From Parasitella parasitica NRRL 2501 (taxonomy: Eukaryota > Fungi > Mucoromycota), in contig MU619268.1 of NCBI GenBank assembly GCA_025201805.1, forward strand, positions 3,472 to 67,471: 64,000 nucleotides of DNA, given 5' to 3'. The notes under the pieces were generated by a model. The model ran no database searches. It was not told where the DNA came from and saw only the letters and a program-made list of their open reading frames with translations. Made by a program: the position numbers and the translations under genes. Positions 38,300-49,829 of this stretch are shown here, one piece after another. Each line of letters begins with the position of its first letter. The first letter of the stretch is position 1.

Positions 38300-41033
38300 A
38301 TGACAACTGCTCCTATATGCTTTACACCAAAGCAACTACATTATTTCAAGCGAGAATTGATTACTGAACAACTGATCAATGAGATCGAAATACTAATCAA
38401 GAGTCCTGATACCGCATCCATCCTTGACAAAGAAGACATTGCCGTGACAACCCCATTTCTTCGCTATATATTCCATAATATGATCATTGAGTTTCCATTA
38501 CTCAAGCATACTTGCGACGATAACTTTTGGCCCAAGTGTAAGGACTTTTTAAACGAGTTCAGTAAAGTCAATTTGGACGCCTACTACACTCCTCGCAACA
38601 GCGAATCGCAGAAACAACGAAAAATGATCCAGCACAAAATTCAAAAGTCCCTAGTGTTTGCTTTCTGTGCTAGTATCAAGACATTGCAGGGTGAAGAAGA
38701 AAGTATCCGTGTTAACCCCCAGGATGCAGCAGAGACAATGGCATCAACAGCTGTTACAGCATCCACAACAGCACCAGCAGTTTCAGCTGCAGTTTCAGAC
38801 AGGTTTAGAGTAAACATTGTAACAGTGCGACAGATTAAGGAGAAAAAGACGTTACGAGAGGTCTCACATGCTGAATTCCTGATAGAAACCTGGTTTCCTC
38901 ACCAATGTGAGCCTGTTTACGTCGGCCGTCGTCATGGAGACTTTAGGCGTCTTCGAGATCAATTGAAGCATCAATTTAAAAACATGGACATACCTCTTGT
39001 GCCATCTAAATCAGTAAACACAGCACAGCAACATGGTTTTCGTGAGAACGACAGACTCCTATTGCGTTCCTTTCTCTACCATTTGACGGGCGATCCTTGT
39101 GGCACTAGTATGCCTTCAAAGCATCAGCAACAAATCCAGAAGAGTCACGTACTCCGCAAGTTTCTATCTGATTCCCCCATCTTGTTTACGGTAGAGGAAG
39201 AGCAAGATGCGCTAGTTAGAGAAACAGCTGACAACCACCGTTTTGAAGAGCAACAGCAGTACCAAAAAGAATTAGATAGACGTGTGTTGGAACTGAATGA
39301 AACGCTGGAAGGTTTAAAGAAGGAGATTCTGCTACCAGGTGGTTTAACTGGTGTGTTTGATATTGTCAAAAAAACCCAGAATATACAAGACTTGCCTGTA
39401 TCGCTAAAAAAGGCGTTTGAATGGGGTCGGATCAAGTAAGTGTTGGTTGACAGTGTAGTTTAGCAACTAAAAACTGATCACCATTCTCCTTAAAATTTCC
39501 AGTTTTGCATTTGCCTTGCATAGCCAATTTTTAACATCAGATACAGCTACTGAAAACTTGAATACTTTGCGCAGAACGCATGGTCTTATGCCCTACAGAA
39601 CAATGGCTCTTATTCTCAGATTTTCCAACCCAATGTCCATGGTCAAGAGCATTTTAGATTTGTTCCTAGCACAGCCATTTGGTGGTAGAAGTTTGTTTCA
39701 AAGGTAAGAGAACATTCAATATTTGTGGCTGTTTTCGACTAATATTGACGGTAGGATGATCATTTCAAATATGAATGAAGAGTCAAAATCATTCGAAAAG
39801 GACATAAAGTTGCTTCAAAAAAAGATTAATGACAAACAGATATGCCAAAAAATATACAACGCTGTAAGAACACCACTACCAGAACACTCTAATTTTCGAG
39901 GTATAAGTGCGATTAGCGCTGTTAATTTGATAGCTGGCTATAAACTCACCTACAAAACCATCATAGGCAATCGCACTCGAATAATGGAAATCATAGCTCT
40001 TCTTGGCAATGATGAAATCAAACCTGTGTTATCTGCTGAACAGATTTCATTGCTTGCTGCATTCGATGAGACACACGAGACCAAAAAACAGGTCAAACAT
40101 ATTGCACAATTATGGGAACTGTATGCACTTCAGTATGAGCAAGAGCTTATGATGAATCTCGTATTTCAAGGTGTCACTGGCGAGCTATTAAAAGAGTTTA
40201 TATCCGTGTTCTATCAGCCATTGGCACAAGTATACAAAGCGGCTGATATAAGTACTACTATACGTCATGTCGCCTCCTTTTTAGATGATCTTTTGCAAGT
40301 TATCAATGAGCTACCAGCTAATCTGGATGTGAATGATACTATACAGGTGTTCATTGACCTTGTGCAACGCCATGAGCAGCATTTTTATGATTTTGTGCAT
40401 AATGTACACAGCCAAGAAGCCTCAAAAGTCTTTGATGAATTGATCCAATACGTCGACAAATTATTTACATTTGTTGCCCATGGAATACCTGGTAAAATTG
40501 ATGTCTGGCATAGTATTGAAAAGGTGGTACCCAAGCAAGAATTGCACATATTGGAACAAGAAATTGACGCAATTTGTCAATATCGATACCAGCAAAAGAT
40601 GTATCATTTTGAAAAGCAGCGTAGAAAATTAATGATCCAACAACAAAGCGATGGTGCCGGTATGGATGGTTCTACCAGTGGATTAGCTAAACTAGCAGCT
40701 GATGCAACTCAAGAACGTCAAAGTGACATATTTCAATACATTCCACGCCGAAATGAATTGGTTGGTGCAATGGGCGATTTTGAAGAGCTCCAATATGAAG
40801 ATGAAGCGATCTACAGTCCAAGCATGAGAAGTAGTGATGATGAAGATAGCATGAATGACAGTCAATCAAGCGGGTCTTCATTGGAATCAAAAAGCAGCAC
40901 GAGCAATTCAAGCCGTATATCGCACGTAGGCATTGAAAAGCCAGTTTTGAAATGGATACCCAAAATTGTACCTTATTTTGTACAAGATGTAGTAGATATA
41001 ATGACGAATATCGATAATAACAATAATCCATAA
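38300..41033 (+). CDS. PX domain-containing protein with PX-associated/DUF3818 regions (YPR097W-like)
   Basis: 'FTPKQLHYFKRELI', 'PFLRYIFHN..IEFPLL', the PX core 'HAEFLI...VGRRHGDFRRL', 'RENDRLLLRSFL', 'FEWGRI' and 'LDLFLAQPFGGRSLFQR'. Confidence 0.85.
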
Positions 41034-41070
41034 TATTTTTTTATTCAACTATTAATTCAAATGAAGTAAA

Positions 41071-42029
41071 CTACCACCCCTGCGTGCCTGATTTGTTCGC
41101 GCCACGGATCAATAAACTTCGTAAAACCTCCCATCTCTTTTCGCATACATCAGCACTATGTTTACCGCGTAATTTTGCTTCAGCTTCTTTCCATCGACAT
41201 CCGCTTAACCTTGTTAATACATGCGCCATTAATATCTTGTCGTCATCCATAGTCCATGTTTCGTAACCGCGAATGAATTCATGCTTTGGTTTTGGCGAGC
41301 TTGACGATTCACTGGCAGGTGGAGACAGGATCGATCTGGTATCGTTAGTTGCTTTTATTTGTTTGTCGCTACAGTTTAAATCACGTGGTGGTGTAGGAGG
41401 CCTCCACTTGTCCTGTTCTTCATGTTTCACGAATAACTAGATAATATATGATTTAGATATTATCTTATACAAGACAATTAATAAAAAAATAAATATACAT
41501 CATTTTTTGGTTGTTGCGCTTTGCTCAAGACATAGGCTATTAAATCTTTTGCTGAGGGTTTCCTAGCTCTGATCTTTTTTTTGAGTGATGATTGAGAAGT
41601 TGAGGAAGACTAACCGTAAATTAGAGGAAATGCAAGTGGTTTTGAATAGTTATACTCACAACGATATCAGTGTTATCATCGTCACTATCAATCAAATTTC
41701 CCTCGCCATCATACTCCAGAAAAGGCTTTGATCTTTCTAGTTATTTTTGAAAAAGTTTAGTGATATATAAAACTACATGTAACTGAACCAATGTCAAAAC
41801 CTTTTGGTGTTAGTCCTCTTGGCACATTAGGCGAGCCAGTCTTTTTGAAATTTAAAATGGTACGACGAACACTTGGTTGATTTATACCACACATGCGTGC
41901 GATCTGCTTCTCATTTGCTCCTGCTTGATATGCTCCGATGATGAGCCATCGTTTAGCATCTCTTCCATCTTGATTTGTCATTGATGCTGATGGTGATTTT
42001 GATTTTGATTGAGTTTTCGAATAGGTCAT
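41071..42029 (-). CDS. Putative transcription factor: N-terminal Tc1/paired-like HTH plus C-terminal Myb/SANT domain (4 exons)
   Basis: Exon 1 'RWLIIGAYQAGANEKQIARMCGINQPSVRRTILNFKKTGS'; last exon 'WTMDDDKILM...WKEAEAKLRGKHSADVCEKRW'; GT-AG introns join them in frame. Confidence 0.8.
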
Positions 42030-43410
42030 GTCGTCTGAAGGTGTTGAAAGAAAGAGAAAAAGAAGAACAAAAAGGGGGAAAGGGGAAATGTTATGTGGTC
42101 GGTTGGGAAGAATTCCCTTGCCAAAACGCATGACGTATTGGCCCAATAAAATCAAAGTGTTTAAGCGATGCATTAACTGCAAAAAGAAGGGCCTGGTACC
42201 TCTCAGCCAGCATCAAATGTTTACATATGCTGATCATAATTATATGTACTGGTTAGTTCACATGTCATAGTAAAATAATCTAATAGTAGATATAATGTGT
42301 CCATATATGTATTCTCTTTGTTGGAAATGTACCTTTATTTATGAATGGATTTATCGTGGGAACCAGTATTACACTAGCTTGATGTAGGATTGAGCTTGTA
42401 TTAAGTTAAACATGCATGATACTTTGTTCTTTTTTTAAAAAAATAAAAAACCTTTCCAAATATTATTATGCAGTGTTTAAACCTGTATAGAGAAAAGTAG
42501 TTTTTGGTCCATCAAAACACCACCTATCCTAAATCAGTCGCGCATAACATCATACTCTGAATTACATATCTTACCCATTGCATGGCCTTAAATAAAAGTT
42601 GACAACTACAACCACCAACTTTCATTTAAAAAAATCATATGAACGTCTATATTTTCCAAAAAGAACAAGCCGAGCCATGTTTTATACTTGTCTGATACTG
42701 CTATCAGATAACTACTTGCTTTCCACTGGGCGTCGTATACATTGAAACTTATTTTACAAAAGTAGTTGCTTTTTTTGAAAAATTATAGCTGTAAGGATTT
42801 GTTTTCTTGCTATGACCTTTTCTGCCAATAATGTATTTGGGTGACTTTAGGAGAGACATCTCTCCAAGCTGAGGTTTCTTTCTTATTATAAAGGTGCTCT
42901 GAGATTTGATTGAGAGAAAAGAATTTGGTATTCATAAGATTTGAAATCGATGTATGTTTTATTTGAGCTATTTTCTAGAAGCGAAATTAACTGTAGTGTC
43001 AATTTTTTCGAAGTTCATCAATAATACCATTATAAGGATTATTGCTCAATTTTCATAACGCATCTTCAAAACGTCTGCATCTGTGAATAGATCTGCCGCT
43101 TACTTCAGTATACGCTGAACCGATTTTTTCAGAAAGCTTCTATTTCTGTGCTGAAGGTAAAAATATCTTTAAAATTGTGAATCTAAGCCATGTATTTGAT
43201 TAAATTCAGTATAAATATATACGATAGCTGCAAGCAAGCTGAAGTAATTTTTACAAGCGTCTTATTTAACATCGCATAATTTTATATTAATTGTGCATTA
43301 TAAATTATACTGCACACATTTGACAAACCTTGAAAGTTAAAACTCTTAAATTTTGGTTACACCGACACAAAATATACCACAAACACAATACAGCTGTATA
43401 TTTAAATAAT

Positions 43411-44008
43411 TTAACTACCACGATAGGTAGTGTAAGAATAAGGACTAATCAACAAGGGAATATGATAATGTTGTTCAGGGTTAGCCAGCTCAAAAACAAT
43501 CTATTGGCATGTCAATAAAATTATACACTCTGCCCCATTAAACAAAAAAAAAAAGATAAAAAGACTTACTTGAACATAGGGATAGAAACATTCTTGGCCA
43601 ATCTTGGAAAAGAAAGCTTCAGTTTCAAAGGTAACACGATAGATACCCTTTTCAGCTTTAAAACCTTGGGGTAATAATGTAGGGCAACGTCCATCACTGT
43701 TTGTTTGACTTGTAGTAGATAAAAATGTGAATATACGATGATCCCGCTATATTTCCAAATATTCAAGGGCGCTTACGAAGTAGAGAGAGTGGCAAATGCA
43801 CCAGATTGATCCAATTTTTCAATCTTTACATCGATGTTTTGACCAGGAGTACCCAAAGAAGCGATGAGAACATGACAAGTGATTGGGCTTTTGTGAACTG
43901 ACATTATAGGCTATAAAAAATGTTTAGAACAATCACACTTGCACCAAGATTCTTTTATACCTTGAGATGTTCTTTAACAGTTTCAAGACGAGAAGAAGCA
44001 GAAGACAT
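43411..44008 (-). CDS. uraH: 5-hydroxyisourate hydrolase (transthyretin-like protein), 136 aa, 4 exons, with N-terminal PTS2
   Basis: Exons 44008-43961, 43910-43777, 43708-43570 and 43500-43411 give MSSASSRLETVKEHLK-PIMSVHKSPITCHVL...TNSDGRC...GIYRVTFET...FYPYVQIVF...HYHIPLLISPYSYTTYRGS*. YRGS is the HIUase signature. Not in the ORF track. Confidence 0.95.
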
Positions 44009-44327
44009 AATAAAAAAAAGAAGAAAAAAGGAAAAGAAGCGAGGTGGTAGGTCTGATTTCCCAATCTTTTATAGTAGAACATCTCCCCACGTGACCTATC
44101 AAATTCACATTCGTTTTCCTTCAACATTTCGTATAAATATCACCAGAAACCCACTATTTTATAACATATTATTCTTATTCGATTTGCTTTCCATTTGCCA
44201 AAACACATTTTTATATAATTCCTCGACTAGGTTTGGTTTTGAGTGAAAAAAAAAAAAAAAAAGAAAAAATCTGAGAGATTGCAAGCTCAAACGGTGGATG
44301 TGTATGTGTATAGTTCAATTTTAAAAA

Positions 44328-44749
44328 TTAATGGTGATGGGCAGTAGCGTCATTCTACAAAGAAAGCATTGAGTATTGGTATTTGATTTTGAGATGCGTC
44401 ACTTACGACAATAGGAGGAAGATTGCGCTCCCATTTGGTACCTTCGGGACCCATGGGCACTAATGAGAAAACTGTTAGTATTTATAAAGAAAACTTAGAT
44501 GATTCAATTTTTACATTTGTAAGGGTCGGGATGAGCCCAATCTTGAAGTTCGCTCTCTGCATTTTGGATAAGAGCTTGGATTTCCTTGGGGTTGGTAACA
44601 TGTTTATTTTGCTCAAACTGAGCTCTGATTTGAAGGCTTTTCTGTCTCCATAAATCACGTTGGATATACCAGTCAAGTGAAAGCTTTAGCGAGCGCTTAT
44701 AAAGTGATTGAACCTGCAAACGATGTGCAACTGCAGTTGGAGTGGACAT
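44328..44749 (-). CDS. NDUFB9: NADH:ubiquinone oxidoreductase subunit B22 (LYR family)
   Basis: 'SLYKRSLKLSLDWYIQRDLWRQK...IRAQFEQNK...WAHPDPYK..PEGTKWERNLPP'. Confidence 0.93.
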
Positions 44750-45094
44750 TTTTTCGATGTTATTATTTTAAGAAAAGGTTGAAGAACAAAAACACAAAAT
44801 CAAAACAATCTTACACCTACAATGTTTTCACTCCCGCTTGGGGGTGTGGTGGGCACACCCTCTGAACCACTGCATGTCATACGTCCTTAAGTATCACAGT
44901 ATTCATGATGACGTACATAAAAGTTGGACTATCTATGCTCATCTAAAATGTCGTAACCCATTAGACAGGTAGTGGGCCCACTAAACATGGCATTCTCAAG
45001 TAACAAATTGAGATAATGTTGGTTTATTTTTCTCCCAAATTCCACTTACAAAGCAAAAGGTATAATTTACAAAAGCATATGAAGTTCACAAATA

Positions 45095-45505
45095 TCAAGG
45101 CGATTCTGTGCTGTATATGTCATAATTGAATGTGGAATGTCGCATGCTTTCATTATCATCGTCTTGGACCTGTTGGTTATACATGTTATTATAAAAGTCA
45201 TCGCTTTCAATCCGGTGACCTGATGCATCATCCCCGATTTCTTCTACTCCATCATCATCAGCACCTCCCTCTTCGCCTTCCACGGCTTCCTCCTCCTCTT
45301 CTTCTGTCTCTCCAATAGCGGTTATTTTGGATGGTGGAATAGGCCGTCCACGAATCATTATAGGAATACCCACTTGAATGTCATTCAGTCTCTTGGCTTC
45401 AGCCTTGTCTTCCAAATAGGTTATTTCCTTTGCTTTTTCTTGAAGACTTAGCTTTTCAGAGTACCAATGAGAGCTCTTTCCTACCGGTGCTAATGCAGGA
45501 TACAT
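45095..45505 (-). CDS. Probable anaphase-promoting complex subunit 15 (APC15-like) with acidic tail
   Basis: 'MYPALAP...HWY...EITYLE...IRGRP' followed by a long D/E-rich tail parallels the metazoan ANAPC15 layout (FPSLFP..W..E...IGKP + acidic tail). Confidence 0.55.
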   Translation of the reverse strand: MYPALAPVGKSSHWYSEKLSLQEKAKEITYLEDKAEAKRLNDIQVGIPIMIRGRPIPPSKITAIGETEEEEEEAVEGEEGGADDDGVEEIGDDASGHRIESDDFYNNMYNQQVQDDDNESMRHSTFNYDIYSTESP

Positions 45506-45673
45506 AATGATAAAGACAAATCGACTAATCATGAGATACTGTATTCTTAAAACCATTAGTAGTGATGTGACGTTTTATATAAGGATGCCGTTTACCGTAT
45601 CGGTCAGTGTTTGTGCTTTGACCAAGAAAACTTGTTTCTGTAGTCAACACAATCATCCTCTCTAAATAAAAAT

Positions 45674-46386
45674 ATGGCGCCCAAACAAAACAAGAAAATT
45701 GAGGAAGAAGAAGATGCAATCTATGAAGTCGAGGAAATTGTAGACCATCGACGTTCTAAAGCTAAACAGGTAAAGCTTTCACCAGCTTTGGTTAATGCAT
45801 CTAACAGAATTTCCTTCAGAACATGGTTGAATATCTCATCAAATGGAAAGACTATGCTCCTGAATTCAGCACTTGGGAAAAAGAGCACAACGTGTAATAT
45901 TACGCACCATTGTTTACTACATTTCACTTACATTCTACTTACACTCAGGTATTCCAAAGGCTTAATCAACAGCTATTGGGCAAGGCAGCCTTATACGTTG
46001 ACACAGTTCAAGAAAAAGACACACGAAGGCGATTCGAGTATTCCAAAGAAGCGTCCAGCTTCATCGCAGGCTACAAAGATTGACCGAAAGCAACTGACTC
46101 AAGAAATCAAATCCTCGCAAATTTCCACATCACCTCCTTCTGGACTTGTTTGGACTGATATCGACGCTATTGTCAACGTATTCCATAGTGAACCTAGTAC
46201 GTTCTTTGCTGAAGTCAAGTGGTCAGGGGGTAAACGAAATACCTACATTCCTACAAGAATTATCAAGAAATATAACCCTTTGAAGGTAAGCACTACCAAA
46301 TACAGAGTATTCACACTGCTAAACGCCTTAAATATTAGCTAATTTACTATTATGAGAGTCAACTCGAGTTCCATTTATCTCCTTGA
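45674..46386 (+). CDS. HP1/Swi6-like chromodomain + chromoshadow protein
   Basis: Spliced chromodomain 'YEVEEIVDHRR...VEYLIKWKDYAPEFSTWEKEHNV' with aromatic cage residues; chromoshadow-like 'FAEVKW...IPTRIIKKYNPLK|LIYYYESQL'. Confidence 0.85.
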
Positions 46387-47273
46387 TCATCGAATCCCTG
46401 ACAGCTACAAGCTTACATCTGTCAACTGCCCAGCTTCTTTCCTTGAAATAAACGCAACTTTTAATACTTTAATTTGATGTAGCTGTTCCTAAACAATACC
46501 CGGAAAGAAGCATGCTTAATTATAAGCTGTATTTGCACCTGTTGACGACAAACGACTTTCTTGAGAAATCTTTTATAGAAGAACCGGATCTACTTGGGTT
46601 TGTCCATAACATACTACCACGCCATAGCCTTCTTGTGTGAAATCAAACGGGCTGAAGCGGTCTTGAAGCACTATCAAACAGGATAACCTATCTCAGTTAT
46701 GCTATCTAAGCAACGAATGACAATGCGTCATGACACAAGAGGGTGTTACAAGACAGTAATTCAAATTGGGTTGTATCTCTTTATAATGCTTATGACAAGT
46801 GTTTAAACTTTTTTTTTGTTTTGTTCAATAGATGTACTGTTGTGATTTAAATCCTTCATTTTAATCAGAAAATAGCATAATTCTAACATTTGCATTGTTA
46901 TAAAAAATTGGCAGTTGGTGATCTGATAATTTTCAAGCGTTTTGTATCAGCTCAGTGATTGAATTTAACATGGCCCGCATTGAGCTAGAAATTTAATGGG
47001 TATAATTTATGCAACAACGTACAATTGCTTGAAATATTTCCTAAAGGTTGATATTTATGAAAAAGGTTGATTGCTTTTTACAGATACAAACTTCCGGATA
47101 TTTATGGTCTTGAGGCATCTTGAAAAAATTGTTGACCGAGAAAATGCTTCCCTTCTTTCATGGCAGTAACGATTTGTCTCCATACAGTTTTAAGACAAAT
47201 ATTTTATTTTTTATCAATAGAGGCATTGTTTGGATCTTTCAAGCTACAGCTGTCCTCTAGCGTCTTGTCTATT

Positions 47274-48064
47274 TCATGCACTGTTATTTAATCCCTGCTG
47301 TTTCTCCAGCCTCTTCTTCTCAAACGCTTCTCTTGCTTTATCTTGCCATCTTTGCTGGTTTGCGATTTCATGTACCTTAAATCCAAAGATGCGCGGTACA
47401 TACCTTTCGGTGTTTTTGCTTGGTAGGTAATTGGAGTGTACCTGGAATAGCATGTGAGGAAAAGACGTACCAAAATAAGCACCGTCTATGGCGCCATGGC
47501 GGGATGACTTTGGGTTATATATATCTTCGCAGCGAGGACAGTATAATTTAACAGTTTTTGACATTGGAATATCTGACAATCCAACGGGTAAGAGAGATTG
47601 CATGTTACAGAGTACACGAGGACATCGTCCGAATTCTGCTCTCTTATATTTATCAAGCTGCCACGATACATACAATTAGTGTCGGCAAGTTTGATTACAA
47701 AGATACCATACCATTTTCATCAAACCACGGCTTGTGATGACAAAACGAGCATGAATCAGCCCAAACAGGTGGCGGGCTGACTTCTCAATCTGTTCTCTCA
47801 CTTTCTCCTCCAGTCCCGCCTCGTCTAGGTGCTTTGTTAATCCCCCGAAAACATAAATCTCACGCAATTTACAATACCAAGGTTATCCGTGATCATGTCT
47901 AACGCTTCCAAGTAATAATGAGGCACCTCGGCGCTTAAACCAGTCAAGTTGAATCTGTCGAGAATAAACTCTTCGTCAACTTCACAAAAGTATTCGTTGC
48001 CTTTTGTATCCAAAAACCAATCGATCCAGTATTTTGCATATTCGTCTTCGGAACCACTGCTCAT
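47274..48064 (-). CDS. CKB2: Casein kinase II regulatory (beta) subunit
   Basis: '[29 protein letters not shown]', '[12 protein letters not shown]', the zinc finger 'FGRCPRVLC...[12 protein letters not shown]' and '[13 protein letters not shown]'. The paralogue number is uncertain. Confidence 0.95.
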
Positions 48065-48394
48065 TTTAATATTTGGGTTTGCCTCGTAAGGATCGAAGCT
48101 TTAATGATTGTATTAGATATAATATGTAGAGAAACATATATTGTCAATATACGTACTTATGTTTGTTATATGAATATAGTCAAAAAGGGGAAAAAAAAGA
48201 AAGACATGGTATGACAAAAATATATTCATTCGGGGCACGTATAGAGTGATGTAGTAGCGTGTGTGTGGTGAATTTGGTCTGGATGATATGACGTGCCAAT
48301 GAGCATAGCTCACACATGAATTTGGCTATGAAATAGCAATTTCAATTCTTTATAAGGCAAGACAATATAATCGTTAAAATGTAATACGAGGATT

Positions 48395-49720
48395 TCTTTA
48401 CTGTGAATGGCGATGCTCCTTGACTTCATTCTTCAATATTTTTTATTATTATCAGACACAGCTGCACCTTCAACGTGAGCCCAAGCACCAATTTTATTAT
48501 TCCAAAATCAATTGACAGAATGAAGAACACAATTACCATGTTACATTTTAGTATATGAATATTAGCATGATTGTATGTAATACCGCTTGTATACATTACG
48601 TCTATAACAGTGACATTGTCTAAGGATATTGTACGGTATACTTAACTCGATCGCTTTTGCCTATAGTAACACAAATCTCAATTGATACATTAGGGCCAAT
48701 CTATTTAGGATAAATTGCCCAAGAGTAAAATCTAGTAGATATACCAAGTTACTTTAGAAGTGGGATCAATTTGAGCGGATGTGTGAATATAAATAACCTC
48801 CTTATTCCCAGGAACGTTAGCGAGAGAAAAATGACTATTATGGTGTTGCAATTCCAAATAAGCTGCATCAGCTGAAAAGCTGTGCCATCTGTTTTGATAT
48901 GTTTCCAGAAACTTTTGTGATTCGGATAAAGGGCGCAACAAATATCTTTCGAGGCTCAGTCTGTCATCTAGTACGTATTAGTTGCAGGTGAATTGAGTCT
49001 ATGCTCATTCTTTTGTTGTTTGCCGCTTTTTGATTTCATCAAACATTGTGATATCAAATGGGTATGCATCACACGAGATTAGGTTTGAAATGAGCGTTTC
49101 AGGTTTTTCGACATGAATGAAGCTCTTTATTAGTGTCAGCATTTTTAACCAAGTAATCCAATATTTTTTAGCTTGTTCACGAGCAATATTTTTTTTTCCC
49201 AAAGATATTTAATAACTAGTTTTATTTAGGATGCCAGTTTGTACGTATGTTGGACTCAGCATGGTACATATGCCAGTGTTTTAATGATAGTCTGCTGTAT
49301 TATGTATAGGAAATGTACAAGCAATATCAATGTGCGTAGCAACAATTTATGGAGAACTGCCACGTGCTGTTCATAATGCTTGATATTCACCAAGCCATCT
49401 TTGCAGATGGTTGAGTGCAATGCATATTTAAAAGAATAATATGGCTTTACTTGAAAATATCAGTTGGTACAATTCTTAACAAAGCAAGCAAATCCAGAAT
49501 TTTCAAAGAAACCAACAATCAACACCCTTGTAGGCCGTCTACTTTAACAAGTGCTTCCAAATGATGAGATAAAAATGGAGAACCCGCAACTAAAAATTAA
49601 GAAGTTTGGTATTTCTAGTGATAATGGTCTCATAATAATGGTTTCAGAAGGGCCATCAGCTAGAGTTATAGCCAGAGTATGAATCCAACAACAGGCAGTG
49701 TAAAGCAGTGTTTCTGACAT
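48395..49720 (-). pseudogene. Near-full-length decayed copy of mannose-1-phosphate guanylyltransferase alpha (GMPPA-like)
   Basis: Collinear minus-strand remnants 'DGPS...RPLSLEIP', 'KVDGLQ..IVGFFENS', 'VEKPETLISNLISC..YPFD', 'LRPLSESQK', the hexapeptide region 'IYIHTSAQIDPTSK|IGPNVSI' and 'GAWAHVEG'; many stops and frameshifts; intron positions retained. Confidence 0.85.
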
Positions 49721-49829
49721 TCGGCGTTTAAAATGATTGTTGTGTGGTATAAAAGGCCATTTGATCCCTTTTTCTTTGTATTCCCCTTTTTTTTCATTAT
49801 TCTTTTTTGTATTCATTGATTTGGTAACC

